A DNA stretch of 64,000 bases from Eledone cirrhosa (Eukaryota): contig OZ024746.1 in the NCBI GenBank assembly GCA_964016885.1, positions 93,062,001 through 93,126,000 on the forward strand. Direction: 5' to 3'. The translations under genes were made by a program, and so were the position numbers. Positions 25,440-36,699 of the stretch are shown piece after piece. The stretch's first letter is position 1. The number at the start of each line of letters is the position of its first letter. The notes beneath the pieces were generated by a model, which worked only from the letters and a program-made list of their open reading frames with translations, ran no database searches and had not been told where the DNA came from.

Positions 25440-25745
25440 AGAAATGAAGGCAATGCTCCAACATTTTTTCATGCTCAGAGTTGCCAAAGCATGGAACAAA
25501 CTACCTGCATCAGTTATTAGTTGTTGAGACACTGCATCCTTTAAAACTTCCATGCTTCCTGAGATTCGCCATCACTACACCTAATATTCCCCCTTCATAC
25601 ACACGCACATGTATATTATGACTCATACACTATTCACTTCCCTGAAATGTGTATATTATTCAATGTACTATTTGTATATTATTCTATGTACATGCACCTT
25701 TGATGAGTTGTAGTGCACCCGAGCACTGTACACAATAATTTCATT
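25440..25745 (+). mobile_element. CR1/L2-group LINE 3' end
   Basis: HFFMLRVAKAWNKLPASVISC..TASFKTSMLPEIRHHYT* followed by a 3' UTR. Confidence 0.8.
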
Positions 25746-25754
25746 ATTATTTTT

Positions 25755-26340
25755 CGTCGAACACCTGCTATCGCGTGTAGGATGGATCCAGCTATCAGCT
25801 GAGTCCATCGTGAGGATTGCCCCGCCCTCTTCCTTTAGCCGGAAGGGCAGGCAGTTTTTATCTGTCTGGTGGCCATGATGAAAGAGATAGTATGGTGGAC
25901 GCGTTTAATAGGGCTGAAGACGAGCACTTACCTCTTCGGTGATGCCCTGATTAACTTTTTCAAATTTCATTTGAAAAGGAAAATCAGGGTAGAGAGGGAA
26001 GTGCTCTCTTCCCAGCATTTTGTTGAAAGATGGGTGAGAGAGGCAAGAATGGCCCGAGTGAATGGGCCTACTCTGAGTATGTGCCTGTAAATTGAAGGTG
26101 GAAAACTGGCAGAGGGCACTTGCCCTGGTGGCCAGGCTCACTGTGGCTTTTTTAATGGGCTTTCTCCACAATGGCCCTCGGAAGTCTCCCCCCTATTGGG
26201 GAATTTTTCATTGTTTCTTTTTTGTTTCATCTATTTTTGTTTTTTTTACACGCAGAAATGTCCATTTGTACCGTCCTGTACTGTCCTTAATGTCTTACTT
26301 TGTGTAAACCCTTGTGGTTAATAAAGAAAGTATTATTATT
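25755..26340 (+). mobile_element. L1/Tx1-like LINE 3' fragment
   Basis: EHLL...KEIVWWTRL...FFKFHLKRKIRVERE...FVERW, then a 3' UTR with AATAAA and a (TTA)n tail. Confidence 0.7.
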
Positions 26341-26345
26341 TTTCA

Positions 26346-26530
26346 TTGGCAGCGTCGGTAGAGGGTCGGACGCCATACTTTGACGTATAGAGTTACGGCC
26401 CTTGCCATTCTGAGTTCAAATCCCGCCGAGGTTAACTTTGCCTTTCATCCTTACGGGGTCGATAAAATAAAGTACCAGTAATGCACTGGGTAATTGCTGG
26501 CCTTGTGCCTAACGTAGAAACAATTATTAT
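26346..26530 (+). mobile_element. SINE A copy (young)
   Basis: tRNA-like head (tggcagcgtcggtag ... gagttcaaatccc), Nin/Deu-like core and (ATT)n tail. Confidence 0.85.
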
Positions 26531-26674
26531 GACTGCAGTCCATTGACTGGGACCTGTATTGAAATAAAAGAAGAAATGCAAACCTAACTAAATGAATATG
26601 AAGTTGATCATGAGCAATTGGTAAAAATTATCAGTAAATTGTTTGTCTTGCCACCTGAATGCTGGTCACTTCGC

Positions 26675-26980
26675 CAGCGTTGGATTTAGACCTTGTGGGG
26701 GGGGGGGGGGGGGGGGGGCACTTCATACACAAACGAAAATAGAATACACAGCCCCCCAACTTTACAGATCAATGTCAGTTTGGCGCAAGCCATTGGAATT
26801 GTGGAATTGAAAAGCTATACAGACTGGTATTAAATTAAAAAATTCTAACCATCCTCAAACTAAAAGTCCCAGTTGAAGGCAAAATAAATTGGTACCGTCG
26901 TTGTTGGTGCCCCCCCCCCCCCTCGCTGTAGGGAGACCCAAGGCAATTGCCCCATTTGCTCTCCATTAAATCCAGCCCTG
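26675..26980. mobile_element. hAT-type MITE with poly-G and poly-C tracts
   Basis: TIR CAGCGTTGGATTTA / TAAATCCAGCCCTG; degenerate TSD cacttcgc / tgcttcgc. Confidence 0.7.
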
Positions 26981-27770
26981 TGCTTCGCCTGTCACACCGA
27001 GCTAAACCTGACCATTAAGCGGGTCCTAACTCGTGTAAATATCCCCCCATTTCTGGAGCCGGCTGGATTATCCGGAAATCATGGGAAGTGACCAGACGGC
27101 CATAACCTTTGTCTCTGGGTAAGTGCCTCATCTGGGACGGCACAGTCAGTGACTTTTTTGCTTCCTCCCACATCATGGATGCTGCAGTAAATGTGAGGGT
27201 CACTGCTTCCGTAGACGAATAGAATAAAATTCTAAAATACCGGGAACTATCAAACAATTATTTTTTCCAGCCTGTGGCGTTCGAGACGTTTGGTGGAGTT
27301 AGACCGCGGACAGCGAAGATTTTGTCATCGCTGACCACTCACCTTACTGAGGTGTCGGGTGATGCCCGTGGGGGTGCTTGGTTATTTCAGCACCTTAGTC
27401 TCGCCATCACTCGGCCTTACTGAGATGTCGGGTGATGCCCGTGAGGGTGGCTGGTTATTTCAGCACCTGCCTTAGCCTCGCCATCACCCGTAGTAAAGAT
27501 GCCAGCATATTGGCTTACCTCAAACATTTTCGCTGATCCTTGTGATATGTGGCCTATTGTCGCACTTGATGGTAGTTTTTGTTCCCCCCCTCCCCTCCCT
27601 GTTTCTTTCTCTCTTTCTGATCGTATGTTTTGGTGCATTATATATTTGTAAGGTTCCTAGCAATAGTTAATTGAATTTATCATATGTTGATATTTTCATT
27701 AGTTGCGAACAATTTGTAATGTTATTTATACAACTGTGAATAAAATTGCAATATACATAATTGTAAACAA
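26981..27770 (+). mobile_element. CRE-clade RLE 3' end (second family)
   Basis: RPDGITF...GKCLIWDGT, KILKYRELSNNYFFQPVAFETFGG and WLFQHLSLAIT; the 3' UTR is shared with 29170-29420(+), 24300-24540(-) and 40380-40600(-). Confidence 0.8.
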
Positions 27771-28954
27771 GAAATTCTTTAAATATTTTGAGGTTACATA
27801 GGTAATTTGTAAAAGCGCAATTACGTTTTGAAGTATGGAAACTACAAAGAGACATAATCTTTTTACATTTTATTTAATTTATATATACGGTACTACAATT
27901 ATTTCAATTACTAACTGACCACGTGCTGTCAAAAATGACTGCTAATTGTAATATTTTATATATAAAAAGGGTACAAAACGAATGGTTTTAGTTTAATAAT
28001 TTTTTTTTTATTACAAACTTTATTTTCTGTGTGGAAAACTATCCGCAACTAACTCATACTGACTCGCTAGCTCTCAGTAATTCTGTATTTTTCTGTCTCT
28101 CATCTCACACACACCGACTCTCTAGTTCTCAATTATTCTGTATTTAACCAAGGTAACTGGTGATGCTCGTGAAGGCGCTTGGCTGTTCCAGCGCATCAGC
28201 CTCGCCATCACCCAAGGTAACGTTGTGAGCGTGCTGGGTGGCCTCAAAAATTATTAGAGAGGTTTTCCAGTGCTCCTGGCGATATCGTTATCTTTTGCTC
28301 TGACACCGGTTCGTTTGTCCACCCCTTTCGCCCGCGGTCCTAGATGTGTGTATTACCTGCTTATGTGTATGTGTTTTTTTTTCTTTTTTCCTTTCCCTTT
28401 TTATTTGTAATATGGTGTCGGTTATGTTGACAAATAAAGCTAAATTTGGGAGACATTTATTATATGAAAAAAAAAGATAACCAAGATAATATCTTGGTGT
28501 GCATATGAATACATTTATATATATGAGTATATAAATACAGTATAAACATATAAACACATACACTCACACAAATATAAATATATTCACAGAAACACATATA
28601 CTCACACAAGTGATATAAACACACAAACACCCACACAATAATAATGTGTGTAGCCAATTCCTCTTCTTCACCCACTTATTCATGAGAGGGTCGTGGCAGC
28701 AGAGTCCTCAAACATTTCTTCCAGCGGATCCAGTCAGAAGCAACCGTTTCTAATTGATCCGGCTGGATCCCCAAGTGAGACCAGCCGAGTACATGGATGC
28801 TATCCAACCATCCTGCTTGGAGTCTACCCCTGGGTCTCCTGTTAGTTGGTTTTGCCCGTAAATCTGTCCAGCGAAATCTGACCACATGCCGAAAACCATA
28901 AAACGGTGGTCGATGTTTTCTATAGTTTGTCACCACCTCTTCTTTTCTCAGCTT

Positions 28955-29420
28955 ACCGAGCTGTTAGGTAATGCCCGTGAGGGCGTCTGGTTGTTCCAAC
29001 ACCTTAGTTACGCCACCACTTGGCCTTACCGAGGTGTTAGGTGATGCCCGTGAGGGTGCCTGGCTGGTTCAGCGCCTTAGCCTCGCATCACCTGGCCTTA
29101 CGAGGTGTTAGGTGATGACTATGAGGGTGTCTGGCTGGTTCACGCCTTAGCCTCGCTATCACCCGCAGTATTGCTACTAGCGAGTTGGCTTGTCTCAAAA
29201 ATTTCCGTTGACCCTTATGATGTGAGACTGATTGTCGCATTTGGTAGTGAATTGAATGGTTGTTTTTGTTTTTGTCGCCTCCTTTTTTTTTCTTCTTTCG
29301 TTTTGATCGTATATTTTGGAGGTTCCTAGCAATAGTTAATTGTTTTTATGCGTGTTGATATTTTCATTCTGAAAGAATAGTGAACAATTTGTAATATTTT
29401 TACAACTGTAAATAAAATAT
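28955..29420 (+). mobile_element. CRE-clade 3' end with a triplicated segment of about 70 bp
   Basis: Three tandem copies of cttaccgaggtgttaggtgatgcccgtgagggtgcctggctggttcagcgccttagcctcg, then the family 3' UTR. Confidence 0.75.
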
Positions 29421-29721
29421 ATAATATATTTAAAAGTAAAAAGAATACACACTTCTGTATTATCTTCGTAATTATTAAATACTATGACGACAGGTTTATA
29501 CCATTAGATGATCACATAGTTTAATGTCATGCTCTCATTAAATAGCAGTTGATGACACTATCCAAATAGTTTTATTAATTATAGTTAGGCTCTCGTACGG
29601 TAAAAACATCAAATTCTTATTCTACAGAAAGACATTACAACTAAAAAATAACTATTTTAAAATACCTCCACAATATTTAATGCGAAAATATTACCTTTAT
29701 TTTGAGCCATGTTTTCATACG

Positions 29722-29793
29722 TCCCAAGTGGTCTAGTGGTTAGGATTCCGCGCTCTCACCGCGGCGGCCGGGGTTCGATTCCCCGCTTGGGAA
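29722..29793 (+). tRNA. tRNA-Glu-CTC: tRNA-Glu (anticodon CTC)
   Basis: 72-nt cloverleaf: acceptor TCCCAAG/CTTGGGA, anticodon arm CCGCG-CTCTCAC-CGCGG, T arm CGGGG-TTCGATT-CCCCG; intact A and B boxes. Confidence 0.97.
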
Positions 29794-29797
29794 AGTG

Positions 29798-29812
29798 TTT
29801 TTTTTTTTTTTT
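29798..29812 (+). terminator. Pol III terminator (T15)
   Basis: Oligo-T beginning 5 nt downstream of the tRNA. Confidence 0.85.
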
Positions 29813-30285
29813 AAAATAATTTTAATAAAATGATTTAAAAAAAAAATAAATGTTTCAATTTCTTCTTCTACTGTTAAACATTCTAATGCTCAATTCAATA
29901 TCTGTGAATGTTTCATAATGTTTGTTTCGTAAAAGTGTGTGATCTGGTATCAGTTCATTGCGAATAGATTTATTTATTTATCAACTGGCATTGTGTGAGC
30001 CCCCGTTGTATTTTATTTTAAAGATTTATTGTTCTAAACAACAGAGACGTAGCGGATCTACATAGATCAGAGAATCACTCCAGGAAGAGCCGCTACTTCT
30101 TCGAATTGAGAGATCACCGCTCCAACACTAGAGGCATGTGGTTAGAATGTCCCAGGAAAGAATCTCGTAATAAATTTTACAGGCAAAACCAACCGGCATG
30201 AGACCCATAGGTAGACCCCGAGCAAGATGGTTGGATAACTTGGTTGGTCTCACTTGGGGATCCAGCCGGATTTGTTGGAGACGGT

Positions 30286-30546
30286 CAGAGTGGGATTTAC
30301 GTATAAGCTAAACAAGCTATAGCTTAGGGCCCCCACTTCCTTGGGGCCCCGAAAAAATTGAAAAATAAACGGTGTGTACATTTCCAAAATATCAGATAAA
30401 AAAGAACTAAAATAATGCAATAGTTTTAAACAGTTTTCTGCTTTAATATTGAACGTTTTGCAGTTTTTATAATAATTTTTTATAACATATAAAGGGCCCC
30501 ATTATTCAAATAGCTTAGGGCCTCATCAAATCTAAATTCGGCCCTG
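30286..30546. mobile_element. hAT-type MITE inserted in an RTE fragment
   Basis: TIR CAGAGTGGGATTTA / TAAATTCGGCCCTG and a perfect 8-bp TSD gagacggt; the RTE sequence resumes after it. Confidence 0.88.
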
Positions 30547-30793
30547 GAGACGGTTGCTTCTTACAGGATCCGCCGGAAGAAGTGTTTGAAGACTTTGCCA
30601 AGACCCTCTCAGGAATAAGTGGAAGAAGAAGAACTATTTCATTAGTTTAATTTTCTCTTAAGATTTCTTTTTTAGGAAAACACAAAATACTTTATTTTCT
30701 AGTTTCCTAAATTTGCTTTTTCAAATGGCAAATGTCGCTACAAGTCAAAATAGCAAATATAGCTACGAGACATATTCTATCAGTATATATATA

Positions 30794-30863
<70 letters not shown>

Positions 30864-30909
30864 ATATATATAAAGATAAAAAATATACAAAATTAGTTTA
30901 AAATATTCT

Positions 30910-30981
30910 TTCCCAAGCGGGGAATCGAACCCCGGCCGCCGCGGTGAGAGCGCGGAATCCTAACCACTAGACCACTTGGGA
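30910..30981 (-). tRNA. tRNA-Glu-CTC: tRNA-Glu (anticodon CTC), second identical copy
   Basis: Exact reverse complement of 29722-29793; TTTT follows a few nt downstream on the minus strand. Confidence 0.97.
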
Positions 30982-32048
30982 CGAACAAGTATACCCAACT
31001 CAAAGTTAACATCTTATTTTTTCAGTCATAGATATCTTAAATGCTATGTAATAACAAGTGTCTTAGCTCTGACTATCCTTATCATGCATGGTATATACAA
31101 TAAACAATGTACTTTGTTTTGTTGTGAGTGCATATGAGATCGTGCGTTAGAATTAATAGTTACATTAATAAGAGTCAGTCGTTGTAACAATCTGAAAAAG
31201 ACAAAACAAAACAAAACAAAAAAAAAAAAATGCATTGTTGCATTCACTTTTCTTTTAATATTTCTTTTATTCAATCATTCATATGAATGTCACTTTCGAT
31301 GTGGATTTACGAATTTCTCTGTTCTGTATCATTATAAACATAAAGCAGTTGTCAGTTCTTTTGATTTAATTGCATTTCTAATGAAATGCACTCTATTTTA
31401 ATGAATTAATGCAGAATTTATAGGTTGGCAGTTTCGTCCGCGAGGCGTCGCCCAAACACCGCCCTGCCCTAGGCTCAGAGCCCATCACCTTCTCCCACCC
31501 CCCTTTCTTCTGTGGCCCAAGAGTCCTTGCTTTTCCCCTCCTTTTCCTCACATTTATAGTCCTTTCCTCTACTTTCCCATACACCAAGATCTGCTCTTCT
31601 TCACCACTTCCCCCTTTTCTCATTACTTAATTTTGTTTTTATCTTTCTTCTTCATATTTATGTATTGTCAATTTCAAAATTATATTATTATATTATTATA
31701 TAATAGTTTAGTTAAATACAAATAAATAAATAAGTAAATAAGTGTCGATGTTCTCTCTCTTTCACTCACTGCCTCAGTCTCTTTCGCTCTCTCCATCTCT
31801 CACCTGCGGCCCCGGCGGACATAATAAAGAAGGCGTTTCCCCTGAGGAGGATGAGGGAGACGTGTTGGAAGAGCCATTCCAGCATGCGAGGTTCACACCA
31901 GCGGGTAGCCAACTCCGTGCCGATTGTGGTGAGTAGAGAGGTGGTCCTAGGGCCTAGGGCACCAGAAACCTCCACTGCTAAATTATCAATGTATATCAAT
32001 AGTTTTAAAAACCAGCTTTGTGAGTTCAACCACATGTATTTTGTATGA

Positions 32049-32358
32049 GTGAAGGCACGTGGCTTTGTGGTTAGGATATTCGGCTTACAATCGTAAGGTT
32101 GTGAGTTCAATTCGGGGCGGTGCGTTGTGTCCTTGAGCAAGTTACTTTATTTCACGTTGCTCCAGTCCATTCTGCTTGCAAAAATGAGTTGTACCTGTAG
32201 TTCGACTGGCCAGCCTTGTTACACATTCTGTGTCACGCTGAATCTCCCTGAATCTTCTGCGGAGTGCTCAGCCACTTGCACGTTAATTTCACGAGCACGC
32301 TGTTTCGTTGATCGGATCAACTGGAACACTCGTCGCCATAACCGACGGAGTGCCTTCC
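32049..32358 (+). mobile_element. tRNA-derived SINE family B (CORE-like), full length
   Basis: A/B boxes (tggctttgtgg, gagttcaattc), core gtgtccttgagcaag and an 11-bp TSD attttgtatga. It interrupts a CRE-derived repeat that is intact at 24800-25130. Confidence 0.85.
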
Positions 32359-32529
32359 ATTTTGTATGATCATTCTGTAGCATCAACCACTGACATCAAT
32401 GAATTGAAGTAATAAATGTTCACAATTCCTACGTGAACACTTTTAATAAACAAAACAATTATATGGAAAGACATCAAATATATAATTACCACCACACTAA
32501 TTTTTATATGACATGAACTATAACTAACA

Positions 32530-32578
32530 TTTTCTTTCTTTCTTTCTTCCTTCCTTCGTTTCTTTCTTTCTTCTATTT

Positions 32579-32668
<90 letters not shown>

Positions 32669-32750
32669 TTTCTTCGTTTCTTTCTTAGTATCTTTCTTTC
32701 CTTTCTTTCTTTCCCTTCTTTTCTTCTTTCGTTCCTTTCTTTCCTTTTTG
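32530..32750. repeat. (TTTC)n microsatellite
   Basis: Read directly. Confidence 0.95.
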
Positions 32751-33206
32751 CCCCCTCTTCCTCTTACGTGATATTTTTTCTCTCTTTTATCAACTTTTAT
32801 TATCGTTCTACATTCTCATATTAACCAAAAGTATGAGGTAACGTTTAGCCGTTGTGTTCAACTTTCACTTAACTAAATATGTTTCTCTTCTCGCTGTCTC
32901 TGGTGTCTTTGGTGTCAATTGTTTGTGATTTTATCAAGGACCTGAAGATCAGCGGTGTGCATAGCTCTGGTGATGCCCGGTGGCAAATGTTGATTGTATG
33001 CCCAAAGACTCAAGTATAAGGCCTAATATACTGAGAAATATTAGGAGAAACGAAAATATTTTGAATATATAAACACATCTCCCATTTTGCCTCATTTTTC
33101 CCTGTTTTGGGGGCACTTTTTTTTCATGGTACTCCCCGTTTGGATTTTTAGAGGTTGGCAGGTCTGAGTATATACAGAGTGAAGGCGCATGACTCAGAGG
33201 GTAGAG

Positions 33207-33886
33207 CAGGGGCGTGTAACAGGCGGCCTGCGGGCCACAATCCGGCCCACCACACCAGTCAGAGTGGCCCGCGATGACCGTTTTTAGAATTTTTTTCGTA
33301 ACCGTAATACAATTTTCTGTTAGTTGACCTATGCTAAAGGGCTTCACTGATAGGGTTATGTGTGTTATAGTTTCCCAGTTGACCTATACTAAAGGGCTTC
33401 ACTGATAGGGTTGTGTGTGTTATAGTTTCCCAGTTGATCTATACTAAAGGGCTTCACTGATAGGGTTGTGTGTGTTATAGTTTCCCAGTTGATCTATACT
33501 AAAGGGCTTCACTGATAGGGTTGTGTGTGTTATAATTTCCCAGTTGACCTATACTAAAGGGCTTCACTGATAGGGTTGTGTGTGTTATAGTTTCCCAGTT
33601 GACCTATACTAAAGGGCTTCACTGATAGGGTTGTGTGTGTTATAGTTTCCCAGTTGACCTATACTAAAGGGCTTCACTGATAGGGTTGTGTGTGTTATAG
33701 TTTCCCAGTTGACCTATACTAAAGGGCTTCACTGATAGGGTTGTGTGTGTTGTAATTTCCCAGTTCCATGTAATGGAAAGAAGTTGTGGTGAATCTTTGG
33801 AATAGTGCTTAATAAATATTAATGGCCCTAATAGTTGTTCTAATGTTCAAAAGTGGCCTGCCAATGGAATATGTTGCATACCCCTA
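33207..33886. mobile_element. hAT-type MITE inserted in the head of a SINE B
   Basis: TIR CAGGGGCGTGTAAC / GTTGCATACCCCTA; TSD gggtagag / ggttagag; SINE halves on both sides. Confidence 0.8.
33323..33765. repeat. 55-bp minisatellite, 8 copies
   Basis: Unit gttgacctatactaaagggcttcactgatagggttgtgtgtgttatagtttccca, no spacers. Confidence 0.95.
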
Positions 33887-34161
33887 GGTTAGAGCATTGA
33901 GGTTGTGAGTTCAATTCCTGGACTGGGCGGTGCGTTGTTTCCTTGAGCAAGACACTTTATTTAATGTTGCTCTAATTCACTCAGCTGTAGAAATGAGCAG
34001 CGATACCACTGGTTGTATCGGCTTTTGCCTTTTCCTTGGACGACATCAGTGGTATGGCAAGGGGAGATTAGTCTGTATGGGTGACTGCTGGTCTACCTCA
34101 AAAACACCTTGCTCGAGCTTGAACCCTTGCACTTAGAAAGGGGCACTTCGTATTAACTATA

Positions 34162-34230
<69 letters not shown>

Positions 34231-34287
34231 AGTGGGTGTAGTGGGTGTGTACTGCTCCCTACTTTTCGTAAGTATAAACTTAAGATA

Positions 34288-34335
<48 letters not shown>

Positions 34336-34355
34336 AAGCTGACGTTCTTGTTAAA

Positions 34356-34490
34356 GTTTATTTGTCCTGACGAGGGTGTACAAATATATATGTGGACGAT
34401 TTCATCTTAAATGTTCTGATTCATCCAGTTCCATTTTGAACTCATACCATTAAAATAGTTGGCACTTGAAACAATTGTAAACGAATAAAC
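34356..34490 (+). ncRNA. Candidate minimal type I hammerhead ribozyme (Penelope-like LTR end)
   Basis: Stem I gtttatttgt/acgaataaac, core CTGACGA (34367-73), stem II gggtgt/gcactt around a long loop, GAAA (34468-71), palindromic stem III acaattgt, GTA cleavage triplet, then AATAAA and (TA)n. Confidence 0.65.
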
Positions 34491-34532
34491 ATATTTAATA
34501 AGTATAACTTGATTCTCCTCCTTTAAATTCTG

Positions 34533-34631
<99 letters not shown>

Positions 34632-34656
34632 ATTTATATATACAAATACGTATATG

Positions 34657-34696
<40 letters not shown>

Positions 34697-34697
<1 letters not shown>

Positions 34698-36559
34698 CTT
34701 TGAATAACTTTGAAATGTTTTGGCCAGTATTGGCCCAGGCCATGTCTAACTTAATAGCACCACCTGGCGAAGTCTTTCAATTCAGGATTTGGGCACCATG
34801 ACCCATTCGAGAAGGGAATTACTGTTTGCGGAGACATATCCGGGTGTGGGTGGTTTGTCCGGGATTACTTGGAGGAATTTGTCCAAAGACATCTTGAATT
34901 TTGTGTGGTCAGTTTCTGTTTTGACGTGTCCTGGTGTGATGTTGAAGAGAGCAGGGCCAATTGAGGTGAAATAATTGTGCCGTATTGTTGTTATGAGTTG
35001 CGATTTAGATTTTTGTTTGGGACGGATAGCACGGGGCCCAAGCCTTGGGTGTATTTTGAAGGTGATGCCAACATCATTTGGGCAGTGATGATGAAACATT
35101 TTCCACATCATGCAGATAATATAACGCTCACGGCGACGTTGGAGTGAGTAAAGTTTCAGCTTTTCTAGTCGACCCCAGTAGTCAAGGTCTGACATGCCAT
35201 CTATCTTTTTCGTGATTGCCCTTTGGGGAGCTTCAAGTTTCATGATACTTTGTTTCGTGTGGGGAGACCACAGTGGACAACAGTATTCAAGGTGTGGTCG
35301 GGCAAAAGTAGAGAAGAGAAGGATAATGGTGTGGGAATCTCTCGACTGGAAGGTTCTGAGGATCCAGGAACACATTCTGCGGGCCATGTCAACTTTGCTG
35401 CTTATATGCGTGGCCCAGCTTATGTTGCTCTCCACGGTTACTCCCAAGTCTCTGATGTTGTTAGATGCCACGAGAGTTTCACCGGAGGGAAGGGAGTACG
35501 GGAGTTTCAGAGCATCCTCTTTTCCAAAGTGGATCAGTTCGAATTTGTCTTCGTTCAGTAACATGTTGTTCTTTTCCGCCCATTGGGTAACAGCCAGTAG
35601 GTCTGACTGAAGGCTTATCCGGTCATCCACGCCATTGATGACCTTTTGGAGCTTGGAATCATCAGCGAAAATTTTAATGTTGCTGTGTTTGATGATGTCA
35701 GTGATGTCATTAATATAGATGATGAAGAGAAGTGGGCCCAACACAGTGCCTTGTGGGACCCCACTACTGACTTTGGCTGGGCTGGATTTGACTCCTTCAA
35801 CTACAACATGTTGGGTTCTGTTTGACAGGAAGCTCTTGATCCACTGCAGCAGCTTTCCAGTGACACCAATATTGGACAGTTTTCTCAGTAGAATGTTGTG
35901 ATCAACCCTGTCAAAGGCCTTGCTGAAATCAAGGTAGATAACATCAGTGTTGGAACCCTCTCCCAAGGCTCTCAAAATGTCATCAAAGTGATGCAGTAGC
36001 TGCGTCAGGCAATCCCTTCCATTACGGAATCCATACTGGTTGGAGTTCAGCATATTGTTACTCTCAAGGAAGTGGGTCATTCGCGATCTCACCACTCTCT
36101 CAAATACCTTAATGATATGAGAGGTGAGTGAGATTGGACGGTAATTCACGGCAAGGGATTTGTTTCCTTTTTTGAAAACTGGGACAACAGACTGGGATAG
36201 AAGGTTTTCTGGCACATATCCAGCATCCAGTGAGTTCCGCCACAGATTGGCAAGAGGAGATGCAAGTTGGTGTTGACACGCCTTAAAGACACAAGCAGGG
36301 AACCTATCGGGACCTACTGCTGAATTATGCTTGATTTCCTTTATTGCCGCTAAGACATCAGGGGCGCCAAACGTTATGTCCGATAAGGTGTAATGGGGAG
36401 TAACATCGCCGATACAGCCCAGATCGGCCATATTAGGATTGCTGAAAACAGAGCAGTATTGTTTCTGCAGTATCTCACCCATGGTTTTAGCATTGTCTTG
36501 AAGAGTGCCATTTTCATCAATTAGAGGGCCAACAGTAGAGCCAATGATTTTGTGTTTTT
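34697..36559 (-). mobile_element. Young 5'-truncated CR1-group LINE inserted in (TA)n
   Basis: Uninterrupted RT frame up to the truncation point, short 3' UTR ending in (TTCAAAGTTA)x2, and (TA)n on both sides. Confidence 0.9.
34782..36482 (-). CDS. LINE ORF2 reverse transcriptase (N-terminally truncated, no endonuclease)
   Basis: 566 aa with [49 protein letters not shown] and [13 protein letters not shown]. Confidence 0.93.
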   Translation of the reverse strand: MGEILQKQYCSVFSNPNMADLGCIGDVTPHYTLSDITFGAPDVLAAIKEIKHNSAVGPDRFPACVFKACQHQLASPLANLWRNSLDAGYVPENLLSQSVVPVFKKGNKSLAVNYRPISLTSHIIKVFERVVRSRMTHFLESNNMLNSNQYGFRNGRDCLTQLLHHFDDILRALGEGSNTDVIYLDFSKAFDRVDHNILLRKLSNIGVTGKLLQWIKSFLSNRTQHVVVEGVKSSPAKVSSGVPQGTVLGPLLFIIYINDITDIIKHSNIKIFADDSKLQKVINGVDDRISLQSDLLAVTQWAEKNNMLLNEDKFELIHFGKEDALKLPYSLPSGETLVASNNIRDLGVTVESNISWATHISSKVDMARRMCSWILRTFQSRDSHTIILLFSTFARPHLEYCCPLWSPHTKQSIMKLEAPQRAITKKIDGMSDLDYWGRLEKLKLYSLQRRRERYIICMMWKMFHHHCPNDVGITFKIHPRLGPRAIRPKQKSKSQLITTIRHNYFTSIGPALFNITPGHVKTETDHTKFKMSLDKFLQVIPDKPPTPGYVSANSNSLLEWVMVPKS

Positions 36560-36621
36560 ATATATATATATATTATAAAATAACAGGAGGCCGGACTGGT
36601 GTAATTCCTTAAAGGTTTATT

Positions 36622-36679
36622 ATACTATGAACATTTCAATGACCGGGTTCAGTATGAATCCGGTGACATCATCAGGTAT
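36622..36679 (-). ncRNA. Candidate minimal type I hammerhead ribozyme (Penelope-like LTR end)
   Basis: Minus strand reads atac-CTGATGA-tgtcaccggattca tac tgaacccggtcatt-GAAA-tg tt ca-TA-gtat, then AATAAA and (TA)n about 45 nt later. Confidence 0.6.
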
Positions 36680-36699
36680 TCGAAATTCAACAAAGGAAT

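Noticed and set aside
29695-29710. Minus-strand ATGGCTCAAAATAAAG|gtaat next to the tRNA
   Set aside because: It abuts the tRNA 5' flank with no room for a Pol II promoter and has no matching downstream exon; likely chance.
33323-33765. CRISPR-like regular arrays (also 17843-18092, 43300-43667, 52665-52990)
   Set aside because: Head-to-tail units with no unique spacers, no cas genes and a eukaryotic context.
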